Shown: positions 19,642 through 29,386 of the stretch, piece after piece
Numbering within the stretch: the first letter of the stretch is position 1
How the letters are laid out: the number at the start of each line of letters is the position of its first letter
Made by a program: the position numbers and the translations under genes
NCBI GenBank assembly: GCA_963806225.1
Contig: CAWDXG010000004.1
Coordinates: 256,001-320,000, forward strand
Reading direction: 5' to 3'
DNA: 64,000 nucleotides
DNA from: an uncultured delta proteobacterium
GTDB lineage: Bacteria > Myxococcota_A > Polyangia > Polyangiales > Polyangiaceae
The notes under the pieces: model-generated
The model's database searches: none
What the model saw: the letters and a program-made list of their open reading frames with translations, nothing else
What the model was told of the DNA's origin: nothing

Positions 19642-20430
19642 CTACCGGCCCCCGCAGCTATCGCCGCCGAGGCGGAGCACGAGCTCGGCCCTCGAGGCTA
19701 CGCGCAGCTTGCGGAAGATCGCTTCGAGCTGGTTGCCGATGGTCTTCGGGCTCGTGCCCCGGCGCCAGGCGATCTCGCGGCTTGTCAGCCCTACATACGC
19801 GGCCCGCGCCACCTCCTGCTCGGCTGGAGTGAGACAACGAGGCAGGCAAGGCGCCGGAGCGGGAAGCTCCACCTGGATCATAGCGGGATCGTGTGCGTAC
19901 ACCGCGGCTCGCTTCGGTAGCTGCAAGTGCGGGTCCAGAGCACTCTCCGGTGCCGTCCCGCGTATGTCGCCGAAGAGGCGGACCAGCTCCAGTCGGTTTT
20001 GCAGCCCCAGCTTCCGGAGGCTCCGGTGCACCAGCGACGAGACCGTCCCCAGTGCGAGCCCCAGCAGGTACGCGATCTCCTTGTCGCTGTGCGCGTGGGA
20101 TGCAAGCCGGGCTATGCGCCGCTCGATCGCCGTCAGACCAGCGGGTATCTCTCCCGGCAGAGCCCGTCGAAGCGAGAGGCAGCGACCGCTTTCGCACGGC
20201 GTCGAGGCGACGACCAGGCCGTCGCAAAGGAACCGGCGCCAGCGTTCGACCGCATCGCGGCGGCCCAGCAGCCTGTGTTGCCGCGGCAGGATGTCGGGCG
20301 ATGCAGGGTGCCGGAATCGCCCGGCTCCCGTGTCGGGGCGAGGCTCTACGACGCGGAAGTGCGGCAATCCTGGTGTCTGGGCGTGCGGGCTGACACCTGG
20401 TTCCCCATACGATGCGTAGTCGTCCTGCAT
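19642..20430 (-). CDS. Regulator with two LuxR-type HTH domains
   Basis: LTAIERRIARLASHAHSDKEIAYLLG and LTPAEQEVARAAYVGLTSREIAWRRGTSPKTI. Confidence 0.8.
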   Translation of the reverse strand: MQDDYASYGEPGVSPHAQTPGLPHFRVVEPRPDTGAGRFRHPASPDILPRQHRLLGRRDAVERWRRFLCDGLVVASTPCESGRCLSLRRALPGEIPAGLTAIERRIARLASHAHSDKEIAYLLGLALGTVSSLVHRSLRKLGLQNRLELVRLFGDIRGTAPESALDPHLQLPKRAAVYAHDPAMIQVELPAPAPCLPRCLTPAEQEVARAAYVGLTSREIAWRRGTSPKTIGNQLEAIFRKLRVASRAELVLRLGGDSCGGR

Positions 20431-20515
20431 GGTCCGATTGTCGCGGTCGGAACAAGCGCAGAACATCCCACGAACGTGCTACGCTCATCGGTCGTGACGG
20501 CTCGGAGGACCGGGA

Positions 20516-21589
20516 ATGGAGGGTGACATGGGTGCAGCCCAGTGCGCCCCGCGTACCGGGACATCCGTGCGGAAAGAACAGGCGGTCCTGGACCTCGGCA
20601 CTTCGAGATGGGGCCTGGAACGCACCGTCGCACTAGGCCCTCGATATCTCGAGGCGATCGAGCGGTGCATTGCCGACATGGCGGCCGCAGTCGGTGGTGA
20701 CGGATGCCTGGCCGTCCAGCTCGCGGTCGCGGCTCCCAGGCCGGTCGTGACGGCCTTCATTCGCGCTGGAGAATCAGTAGGGCTCGAATTCCCGCAGCGC
20801 GCTGTGGTGGGACGGGACGTCAAGCCGATGCGGAGCTGGGAGCCGGACCTTCCCGACCGGTACGAGCGCTCGCACACCGTCACGTTCCGCTACCGCAAGC
20901 GGCCCGCACACCCCCAGGACCAGTACGTGCTCGCGCATGATCTCCTGCCGCGGGGCATTCACGATCATGCGCGCCGCTTGCTCTACGACGGCCGGCGTTT
21001 TCTCGGCGGGGTGTCGGTCGAGCGAGCCATCGACCGTCCGCTGTTCGAGCCGCCCGATCTTGCTCGCCTCGACGCCGTCGCGAACGCGCACATCCCGAAG
21101 CTGGCGGCCGCGGTCGCCCTCGACAGCGAGCTGGCCGGCCATACCTGCGCCATGCTCTTCGACCCCCTCGGTCATTGCGAGCACAGCTCGGCGTCGGCAG
21201 CGCGCTGGGCCACTCCCGCGCATCGACGGGCGTTGTCCGAGGCGGTCCGGCAGCTCGATATCGCCGGAGAAACGCGGGCGGCCTTGTTCGTCGGAGAGAC
21301 GGTCGCCCGCATCGTTCGTGTGAGCCGCGAAGGACAGAGCCGCTACGTCGTCACACTCAGGCCGACCGTGTTTCCCCTCATGCATCCTGCGGCGGACCTC
21401 TCCGCACGCCAGCGCCGTATCGCCCGCTATGCTGCCGGCGGCGTCACAATCGCCGAGATTGCGGACGCGCTCGGCCTATCACCGAACACCGTCCGCGAGC
21501 ACCTGCGCCGCGCCTATCGTGTTCTTGGCGTGCACAACCGGGTCGAGCTGAACCGGGCCCTCGATGGGCTTCCGGGGGACGACCCCTGA
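20516..21589 (+). CDS. LuxR-family regulator with N-terminal sensor-like region
   Basis: [48 protein letters not shown]. Confidence 0.85.
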   Translation: MEGDMGAAQCAPRTGTSVRKEQAVLDLGTSRWGLERTVALGPRYLEAIERCIADMAAAVGGDGCLAVQLAVAAPRPVVTAFIRAGESVGLEFPQRAVVGRDVKPMRSWEPDLPDRYERSHTVTFRYRKRPAHPQDQYVLAHDLLPRGIHDHARRLLYDGRRFLGGVSVERAIDRPLFEPPDLARLDAVANAHIPKLAAAVALDSELAGHTCAMLFDPLGHCEHSSASAARWATPAHRRALSEAVRQLDIAGETRAALFVGETVARIVRVSREGQSRYVVTLRPTVFPLMHPAADLSARQRRIARYAAGGVTIAEIADALGLSPNTVREHLRRAYRVLGVHNRVELNRALDGLPGDDP

Positions 21590-21699
21590 GCCACGGAAGC
21601 GAGCGCCGTCAGTGGGCCGCCGCCGTGGGCAGTAGCACGTTCGTGGGATGGACATTTCCGGGGCTTCTGGAGATTCTGAATCCCTCCCCCAGCGCGACC

Positions 21700-22209
21700 A
21701 TGACCCGATCGAGCTCCCGCCGTCCCGGACGCTCCCTCGACCCGGCGAGGAGTCCCGAGCAACACGTGGGCGTGCCTCCCGAAGTCGCGCGGCGCTCCGC
21801 GCGTCAGCGGCAGACGACGACGGGGCGTTCCGGAGCCGAGCCCACGGATCCGGCCCAGCTGCAGGGCGCGGTCTCCGAGCCGACCTTCGGCCTCTGGTCG
21901 AGCCACACGGGCGAGTGGTGGCTCGCGGACGGATACCAGGCGCCTCCGGTGGAAGATCCGACCACCCTGGAGGGAGCGTTCGAGCTCGACGACGACCTCT
22001 GGGTCGTGCCCCTGGTTCGCCGGTCTCGCTCACTCACGGAGCGCGAAGCGGATGTGGCTCGCCTCGTGGTTCAAGGTCTCACCGATCGCGAGGTGGCCTC
22101 CGAGCTCGGAATGAGCCCTCACACGGTGCGTGCCCACCTGAAGAACATCTTCGAGCGACTCCGGTGCGCCAGCCGTGTCGAGCTGGTGAACTTCTGGGAG
22201 GAGCGCTGA
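21700..22209 (+). CDS. LuxR HTH protein (start uncertain)
   Basis: [43 protein letters not shown]. Confidence 0.75.
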   Translation: MTRSSSRRPGRSLDPARSPEQHVGVPPEVARRSARQRQTTTGRSGAEPTDPAQLQGAVSEPTFGLWSSHTGEWWLADGYQAPPVEDPTTLEGAFELDDDLWVVPLVRRSRSLTEREADVARLVVQGLTDREVASELGMSPHTVRAHLKNIFERLRCASRVELVNFWEER

Positions 22210-23279
22210 TGCGAGAGCAGATGATTGCAGGCGGTGAGTCAGCAGCCTCCAGCGACCGGCCGTCGGCCGAGACCGATGCGCTCGAGGTCGGGAAGAGCCG
22301 TTGGCGGCTCGAGCGCAGCTCCGCCACGGGCGAGCGCTACCGGCATACCCTGGAGAGCTGCATGGCAGCGATGGCCAGCGCGGTCGGCGCCGATGGCTGC
22401 ATGGGCTTCCAGCTGGCCGCGGCAGCGCGCCGACCCGTGACGACAGCGCTCATCCGGGGAGGCGAGTCCGCCCACCTGGACTTCCTCAGGGGGACGGTGA
22501 TCGGTCGCGATCCCAAGCCGACGCGCAGTTGGGAGCCCGACCTTCCCGACCCGTACGAGCACAGCCACACCGTCACCTACCGGCACCGGCTGCGCCCTCC
22601 CCACCCGCACGACTACGAGGCATTCCGCGACAAGCTGCTCGCCCACGGCCTCCACGACCACGCCCGCCGGCTGCTCTATGACGGGCGCCGGTTTCTGGGA
22701 GCCGTCACGGTGGAGCGAACCATGGACCGGCCGCTCTTCACGCGCTCCGAGCTCGCGCGCCTGGACGAGGTCGCGAACGGTTGGATCCCCAGGATCGCCG
22801 CTGCCGAGGCGCTCGACGCCGGGCTTGCCCGGACGACGTGCGCCATGCTCTTCGGTCCCGGTGGCCGCTGTCTGCACGTCTCGCCGCTGGCAGGCGCCTG
22901 GGCCACGCGGAGCCGCCGCAAGCGCCTCGCGGACGAGGTCATCGGACTCGACCGAAGCCGTGAAGAGTCGCGCACGCTCTTCATCGGAGGCACCGTCGCG
23001 CGCATCGTGCGGGTGCTACGCGGCGGCCAGAGCCGCTACCTCGCGACGCTCCGCCCCACGGTGTTGCCCCTGATGCATCCCGCCGCTGACCTGTCGGAAC
23101 GGCAACGGCAAGTGGCTCACTACGCCGCGTGCGGCGCGACGCTGAGCGAGATCGCCTCGAGCCTCGCGCTCTCTCCCCACACGGTGCGACAGCATCTCCG
23201 CCGCGCCTACGGGGCGCTGGGCGTGCACAACCGCGCGCAGCTCGCCCGGGCGATGGAGTGGGTTCCCGACGTAACCTGA
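22209..23279 (+). CDS. LuxR-family regulator, paralog of 20516-21589
   Basis: Shares [34 protein letters not shown] and the C-terminal HTH. Confidence 0.85.
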   Translation: MREQMIAGGESAASSDRPSAETDALEVGKSRWRLERSSATGERYRHTLESCMAAMASAVGADGCMGFQLAAAARRPVTTALIRGGESAHLDFLRGTVIGRDPKPTRSWEPDLPDPYEHSHTVTYRHRLRPPHPHDYEAFRDKLLAHGLHDHARRLLYDGRRFLGAVTVERTMDRPLFTRSELARLDEVANGWIPRIAAAEALDAGLARTTCAMLFGPGGRCLHVSPLAGAWATRSRRKRLADEVIGLDRSREESRTLFIGGTVARIVRVLRGGQSRYLATLRPTVLPLMHPAADLSERQRQVAHYAACGATLSEIASSLALSPHTVRQHLRRAYGALGVHNRAQLARAMEWVPDVT

Positions 23280-23331
23280 CCGTTTCGCTTCGTGCTACGG
23301 GCGCCAACCCCCGCGGGAGCGACGGGGCAGC

Positions 23332-23502
23332 AGGGCCAGGAAGTCCAACCCCATTCCCGAAGTGTACGCCTGGCGGCAGAGCCGGGACAGTGGAGCGGGG
23401 GTCAACGGCGCGGATCGGCGCGGACAGGCTGGTGGAAGGGCGTAACCACCGGGAATCAGTGGACATAACGCCAGACTGCGAAGTCGTCCCCGGGCTATGC
23501 TG
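23332..23502 (+). repeat. 172-bp array repeat, copy 2 (1-bp deletion)
   Basis: AGGGCCAGGAAGTCC...GGGCTATGCTG. Confidence 0.97.
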
Positions 23503-23726
23503 GACTCCCGCCGAGGCCACGACGACCACGCCGAACACCGCCAGTGCCCAGCGCAGGACCGCCACGCCATTCGACCGTTTCGCGCCTCCCCTCATGCCTC
23601 GCCACGCATGGTGTGCACGACCGGCACCAACGCGAAAGCCCTGCCAGGGCACGGGCGTCGCGCCCCGACACATGAGGCCTGGGTCCGACCGCAAGCGTGC
23701 GAACGCTTTGCGGACGTACAGACTTG

Positions 23727-23787
23727 CTCCAGCGGTTGGACTCGAACCAACGACCCGGCGGTTAACAGCCGCCTGCTCTACCAACTG
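23727..23787 (-). pseudogene. tRNA-Asn(GTT) lacking its 5' acceptor strand
   Basis: CAGTTGGTAGAGCAGGCGGCTGTTAACCGCCGGGTCGTTGGTTCGAGTCCAACCGCTGGAG; the first ~12 nt are replaced. Confidence 0.85.
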
Positions 23788-23973
23788 CTGGGTTGCCCCC
23801 ACCGTTCCGTGCTCGGCCCTCTGGGCCTGCGCGCGGCCAGGCTCGGCCGGGCGGCGCACGCTGCGCGCCACGCCCCGCACTCCACGGCGCTTCTGCCCAC
23901 GTGGGCGTGTCACGCATCCAGCGCCAGCGGGGCTTGCAGCCCGGCCGCTCAACGCCCGGGCCGAGGAGGTCTC

Positions 23974-24258
23974 ATGCATCATCGCTCCAGCGTCCCGCCG
24001 CACATGGCGCTTCACGCGCGTCAGCTCCGCTCGCACCTCACCGACACCGAGCAGCTGCTCTGGGCCGGACTTCGCGGCGGCCGGCTCGGCGTGTACTTCC
24101 GCCGTCGGGTACCCATCGGTCGCTTCATCGTGGATTTCCTCGCGCCCTCCGCCCGCCTCGTCGTGGAAGTCGACGGCGGCTATCACGCGTCGCGCCGCAC
24201 CGCGGACGCGCGCCGGGACGAGAAGCTCGCGCGCCTGGGCTATCGCGTCCTCCGCATC
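23974..24258 (+). pseudogene. DUF559/Vsr-like endonuclease, 3'-truncated duplicate
   Basis: 413-bp near-identical duplication 23846-24258 / 27033-27445; breaks at YRVLRI. Confidence 0.8.
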
Positions 24259-24791
24259 TCTTGTTGCCCCCACCGTTCCGTGCTCGGCCCTCCGGGCCTG
24301 CGCGCGTCCTGCCTCCCCCAACGCGTCGGGCCGCAGCCCTCGGACAGTATAGCCGTCCTCCGTGCACTGGAACGTGGTCGCCTCCTGCCGCGCGTCGGCC
24401 ACGCTCTGTGGGCAGTTTCGCGTCTGGCAGTAGCAGTCGAGTGCCGTGTACGCGGTCGTGTGGGTCGAGTCCACGATCCACGACGTAGCTGCACTTGTCC
24501 GGCGGCTGGCACGCCGGAGGCCAAGCCTCCGGCGACGACGGCACGGCGGTGGCGCGCCTGCAGAGCACCCGGGCGATCCTGCGGCGGCCGCGGCGCCTAC
24601 GTGCAGCGGATGCGATATCTCGGGGAATTCCGCACCGAGCGCGCAGAATATGCGACCTCGCCGGCTGGGTCATCGACGACGCGGAGAATCCCGGACCTCG
24701 TTTGCGGCACGGAAACTGCACCGTGGTTTGGGGGGTGGCTGCACATCCACGCGCGGCAACGGCGGAGAACACGGATAAGTCAGGAAGAAAT

Positions 24792-25631
24792 ATGCAACCG
24801 ACGGCCACCGAGCACGTAGGTACCGCGCAAGCGCCTTCCCTGAACAAGTTGTTGGCGCAAACCCGGCACCTCGATGAGTTGGTGAACGACTGCGCGCAAG
24901 CGCTGGCGTCGATCAACGTGACACTCCGGCGAGAGTTGGTCGGTTCGAACGGGCTCCCCGCGCTGGAAAGCGCCCTCGATGAAAGCGAGGCCGTCGAGCG
25001 GAGAATGCAGGACGCTTCCCGGGAACTCTCGGCGTTGGGACGTGCCTTGGAGAGTGAGTTGAGGGGACGCATCATGGTCGACCACCAGCTGGCGGCGGCC
25101 ATCGAACAGGAGGAGGGTGGCCGTCAAGCGGCGTTTCATGATGTGTTGACCGGGCTACCTAATCGCGCGCTCTTCCAGGATCGGCTGGAGCATGCGCTCG
25201 CGCAGGCAGAACGGCATGACCGGGCGCTGGCCGTCATGTTCGTGGATCTGGATGACTTCAAGATCATCAACGATTCCCATGGACATGACGCTGGCGACGG
25301 CGTCCTGCAGGCGGTTGCGCAGCGCCTCCAGAACAACGCCCGTGGCGAAGACACGGTCAGTCGTCATGGGGGCGACGAATTCTTGTGCCTGCTCACCGAG
25401 GTCCGCGACAGGACCGCCATTGTCGCAATCGCAAAGAAACTCATCCTGGCGGTGCAAGCCCCCTGCAATCTCCGCATCGGTGACCTCGATCTCAGTCCAA
25501 GGATCAAGGCAAGCATTGGAATTTCGGTCTTTCCGGAAGACGGCGCCACGGCCGAAGCGCTGGTCAGGAGTGCGGACGAAGCGATGTACCGGGCCAAACG
25601 TGCCAAGTCCCAGTATTCATTTGCAAGCTAG
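24792..25631 (+). CDS. GGDEF diguanylate cyclase
   Basis: HDVLTGLPNR, DLDDFKIINDSHGHDAGD, RHGGDEF, ASIGIS, ADEAMYRAK. Confidence 0.92.
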   Translation: MQPTATEHVGTAQAPSLNKLLAQTRHLDELVNDCAQALASINVTLRRELVGSNGLPALESALDESEAVERRMQDASRELSALGRALESELRGRIMVDHQLAAAIEQEEGGRQAAFHDVLTGLPNRALFQDRLEHALAQAERHDRALAVMFVDLDDFKIINDSHGHDAGDGVLQAVAQRLQNNARGEDTVSRHGGDEFLCLLTEVRDRTAIVAIAKKLILAVQAPCNLRIGDLDLSPRIKASIGISVFPEDGATAEALVRSADEAMYRAKRAKSQYSFAS

Positions 25632-25664
25632 CAACCCGATTCATCGGAGAACAGTGACAGGAAC

Positions 25665-26372
25665 ATGCTCCACGAATTTCTAGGATCGAACTACGACGAG
25701 TTAGTCGGTATTTGCAGGAACAAGGTGTTGAAAAGGAGCGGGTCCGAGGCGCCTCCCATCAAGATCGATGAAGGCATACCTCTATTCATCAAGCAACTCA
25801 CCGAGACACTTCGTCGCGAAGAAGCATCACCCGAGGCGGATCTCGAGGGCGTTGATGGCACGCTGGCGTCCACGGAGATCGGCCGCTCCGCGTCCCTTCA
25901 CGGCACCGAATTGCTGCGCCTCGGATTCACCGTCGACCAGGTCGTCCACGACTATGGAGATGTCTGCCAAGCCGTCACCCAGTTGGCTTTGGACCGGGGC
26001 ACGTCCCTGAGCACCGAGGAATTCCGCACCTTGAACCGCTGCCTCGACAACGCGATCGCAGATGCCGTCACGGCGTTTGCTCAAGGTCACTCGCAATCGA
26101 AGGACGGCGAGAATGCTTCAATGCGGGAGCGGGTGGCCGCGTTCTCGGACGAGCATCGGCGTTTGACCGAGATCGCGATCCAGTCGTTCTCGGCCATCAA
26201 GACGGGCAACATTGGCGCGACCGGCGCGACCGGCGGTCTGCTGCAACATGCCTTGAGCGAGCTAACCTTGCTCGCCGAGCAGATTCTACCCGAGCTCCGC
26301 GCGGCTCCGGCAGTGGAGGAGGTCCCCTCTGCGCCGGCCAAACGGCGCGAGGGCGCCGACAAGCTCCACTGA
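25665..26372 (+). CDS. Sensor-kinase-like N-terminal domain protein without HATPase
   Basis: HGTELLRLGFTVDQVVHDYGDVCQA...LNRCLDNAIADAV, as seen at the N-terminus of histidine kinases; ends before any ATPase boxes. Confidence 0.6.
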   Translation: MLHEFLGSNYDELVGICRNKVLKRSGSEAPPIKIDEGIPLFIKQLTETLRREEASPEADLEGVDGTLASTEIGRSASLHGTELLRLGFTVDQVVHDYGDVCQAVTQLALDRGTSLSTEEFRTLNRCLDNAIADAVTAFAQGHSQSKDGENASMRERVAAFSDEHRRLTEIAIQSFSAIKTGNIGATGATGGLLQHALSELTLLAEQILPELRAAPAVEEVPSAPAKRREGADKLH

Positions 26373-26741
26373 CGCGGCAGCACAGGACTGTGAATCGGCG
26401 CGATCTCCAGCATCATGGCGGGCGCGATCACATTCGGCAGCGTCCCGACGAACACATCCGGCGCGCTCGATCCGGGTTCGTCGAGCTCGACAGCGCCAAC
26501 CGGGTCGCGCTTTTCCACGCCGCCCTCGTCCGGCGCGCCGTGAACGCGGCGAGCGCGATGACGGCTTGAACCCCGAGGTCTGCCCGACTCCGGCGGATAC
26601 CGTGGCCTGGAGGTCACCAAGGGCCGATCAGTCTGGGCCGCTTCGACACCTGCGCGCTCGCTGGCGGAGGCTCGGGCGTCCGGCGGGCTCTCGCTCCGTG
26701 AAAATGCGAAGAGGCCCCGTGAGGGGCCTCGAGCAGACTCA

Positions 26742-26764
26742 GCTCCAGCGGTTGGACTCGAACC
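26742..26764 (-). repeat. tRNA-Asn 3'-end fragment (att-like) with downstream terminator-like hairpin
   Basis: GGTTCGAGTCCAACCGCTGGAGC; hairpin GAGGCCCCTCACGGGGCCTC. Confidence 0.8.
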
Positions 26765-27160
26765 TGTTGTTGCCCCCACCGTTCCGTGCTCGGCCCTCTG
26801 GGCCTGCGCGCGTCCTGCCTCCCCCAAGCGTCGGGCTCGGCGCCGTGCTCGCTCGTGCTCGGCCCGCGCCATGGTCCGGACATGTCACAGCGCCCGTCGT
26901 CACTGCGGGCCTGCGCGCGAGCGTGCGCGCGGCCGCCTCGCGCGCCGCGGAGGGAGGCCGGCGCTTCACGGCGTGCGGACGCTCGCGTCGCGATGACGTT
27001 CGACCTCCACGGCCCGGTCGCGGCCGGGCTCCGCCGGGCGGCGCACGCCGCGCGCCACGCCCCGCACTCCACGGCGCTTCTGCCCACGTGGGCGTGTCAC
27101 GCATCCAGCGCCAGCGGGGCTTGCAGCCCGGCCGCTCAACGCCCGGGCCGAGGAGGTCTC

Positions 27161-27514
27161 ATGCATCATCGCTCCAGCGTCCCGCCGCACATGGCGCTTC
27201 ACGCGCGTCAGCTCCGCTCGCACCTCACCGACACCGAGCAGCTGCTCTGGGCCGGACTTCGCGGCGGGCGGCTCGGCGTGTACTTCCGCCGTCGGGTACC
27301 CATCGGTCGCTTCATCGTGGACTTCCTCGCGCCCTCCGCCCGCCTCGTCGTGGAAGTCGACGGCGGCTATCACGCGTCGCGCCGCACCGCGGACGCGCGC
27401 CGGGACGAGAAGCTCGCGCGCCTGGGCTACCGCATCCTCCGCATCGACGCGGAGCTCGTCCGCCGCGCGCCTGCAGAAGCGCTCGTGCTCGTGCAACGCG
27501 CTCTCGCTCCGTGA
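27161..27514 (+). CDS. DUF559 / Vsr-like endonuclease
   Basis: AGGAGG RBS; ARQLRSHLTDTEQLLW, FIVDF, LVVEVDGGYH, DARRDEKLARLGYRILRI. Confidence 0.88.
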   Translation: MHHRSSVPPHMALHARQLRSHLTDTEQLLWAGLRGGRLGVYFRRRVPIGRFIVDFLAPSARLVVEVDGGYHASRRTADARRDEKLARLGYRILRIDAELVRRAPAEALVLVQRALAP

Positions 27515-27553
27515 AAATGCGAAGAGGCCCCGTGAGGGGCCTCGAGCAGACTT

Positions 27554-27576
27554 GCTCCAGCGGTTGGACTCGAACC
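27554..27576 (-). repeat. tRNA-Asn 3'-end fragment (att-like), third copy
   Basis: Same 23-bp sequence and hairpin as 26742-26764. Confidence 0.8.
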
Positions 27577-27890
27577 GGCGGCACCAGAGCCGCCCACCGA
27601 CTCGCCCTGGTCTGTAGACCGCACGGCCCCGACACATGAGGCCTGGGTCCGGCCGCAAGCGTGAGAACGCTTTGCGGACGAACAGACTTGCTCGGGTAGC
27701 GCCTTGCTTGGACGAACCCCCTGCGAGAGCCCGTTTTTAATGCACGAGATGATGTCACCTCGGGACTTCAGCTTTCTCGGGTGCTTGGACTGAGAGCCGA
27801 TAGAGGCACGGGCAGGCGTGCGACCGCGGGCGCTGTGCGGCCCGTGGTGGCCGGGTTAGCCGACAGAGGCAGCGAGGGCCCGACTTCGGT

Positions 27891-28256
27891 GTGGCCCGGG
27901 CACGCGGGCGAACGTGTGCCGCCGTCGCCGCTCGGCACGTCGGGCGGCGAAAAGGCTCAACGCCGGTGAGCCTCGCCCTGGGCGATCACAGGCTACAGGT
28001 CGCCGCCGGCGACGGCGCCGAGCGTGCCAGCGTGGAGATGGAGCTGGACGTACACGGCGACATCGTCCGCAGCGTCGCGATGCGCCCACACCGTGAGAAC
28101 GGTACCGTGGTCGAACGCCGTTGGGTCGCCGAGCTCTCGCGCCACGACCGGCTCGGCCCGATCCGCATTCCCACCCACGGCGAGCTCCGCTGGGAGTTGC
28201 CGAGCGGGCACTTCGTGTACCTCCGCGGCAACGTCGAATCGATCGAGTTCGACTAG
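27891..28256 (+). pseudogene. C-terminal fragment of a DUF6544-like protein
   Basis: GPIRIPTHGELRWELPSGHFVY...VESIEFD; no credible N-terminus. Confidence 0.45.
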
Positions 28257-28285
28257 AGCGCGACGGAACGCGATACGCTGCGCGC

Positions 28286-29371
28286 GTGGCGGAAGCGGGC
28301 GACGAATACGTTATCGAACAGTTCTCGCTGGACGCGTCGGACTACGGCGCCCTCGCGCGCTTGATCGAGACCGCATTCGTCGACGACGCGACGGAAGCAG
28401 GCGGCACTATTGCCTTCACAGAGAGCACCTTCTCGCTCATGTTCGGATCGCCCGCGATGCCGGGCGATCTGTTCGTCCGCGCGGTGCACCGCCCCAGCGG
28501 CGACGTGGTCGGCTTCCTCGGCGGCATCCCGCGCGACGTGTCGTGCCAGGGTCGCGTCTATCGGCTCGGGGTTCCGGCGTGGGCCGCGGTGCACCACGCC
28601 CACCAGCGCCGGCAGCTGTCGCAACGCATGGGCTCGAGGCTGCTGGAGCTGGCGCGCGATCGGGGTTTCGATGGCGGGTTCGCGTTCTTCGAGCCGGAGG
28701 CCCACGGCATCGACATGGCTCGTTCCGTGGCTCGCGAGGCGGGCCTGTCGATGCGCGAGATCGCGCGCATACGGCGTTTCCTGATCCGCGTGTTCGACGT
28801 GGACAGGGCGGGCGGCGTGGTGAAGCTCCGCTGGTTCGAGCGGCTGGGCCTGAAGCTCCTGGCCGGCACGCCGCGCCCACGGAGCCCGCGCGTGCGCCGC
28901 TTCCGTCCGGAGGACGCCGAGCGGCTGTTCGAGCTCTGCGCCGATCACGTCGAGCACAACCAGCTCGCCGTCGTGCGCGACCATGACGACTTCCTGTACT
29001 ACCTCGGCCATCCGGACGTGCTTGCGGTCGTGCACGAGGACGCCGACGGCACGGTGGACGGCTTCATGGCCGCCTGGAAGATGCAGCTGGCGGGTTTCGG
29101 TCGATCGGTGCCCTTCGGTTGGCTCGATCTCGTGCACACCTACCGGCTGCCGCGACGGGAAGCGCGCGATCTGGCGCGCCGGCTCTGCACTGAAGCGAAA
29201 GCTGCCGGCTGGGCAGGCCTGCAGATGCCGTTCATCCCGTATTTCGACCCGCGCCCATTCATCCGGGCCCGTTTCGCCTACTTCCCGAAGGAGCTCATTG
29301 TCTCGCTCTTCGATTTCACCGGGATGGCACTTCCCGAACGGGTGGATTCGTTCTACTTCGACTGGCGCTGA
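28286..29371 (+). CDS. GNAT-fold acyltransferase-like protein
   Basis: WAAVHHAHQRRQLSQRM acetyl-CoA-binding-like motif; tandem GNAT-like architecture. Confidence 0.6.
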   Translation: MAEAGDEYVIEQFSLDASDYGALARLIETAFVDDATEAGGTIAFTESTFSLMFGSPAMPGDLFVRAVHRPSGDVVGFLGGIPRDVSCQGRVYRLGVPAWAAVHHAHQRRQLSQRMGSRLLELARDRGFDGGFAFFEPEAHGIDMARSVAREAGLSMREIARIRRFLIRVFDVDRAGGVVKLRWFERLGLKLLAGTPRPRSPRVRRFRPEDAERLFELCADHVEHNQLAVVRDHDDFLYYLGHPDVLAVVHEDADGTVDGFMAAWKMQLAGFGRSVPFGWLDLVHTYRLPRREARDLARRLCTEAKAAGWAGLQMPFIPYFDPRPFIRARFAYFPKELIVSLFDFTGMALPERVDSFYFDWR

Positions 29372-29386
29372 AGGGAGGAGCTTGGC

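Noticed and set aside
23727..23787. Functional tRNA-Asn
   Set aside because: The 5' acceptor strand and part of the D-stem are missing.
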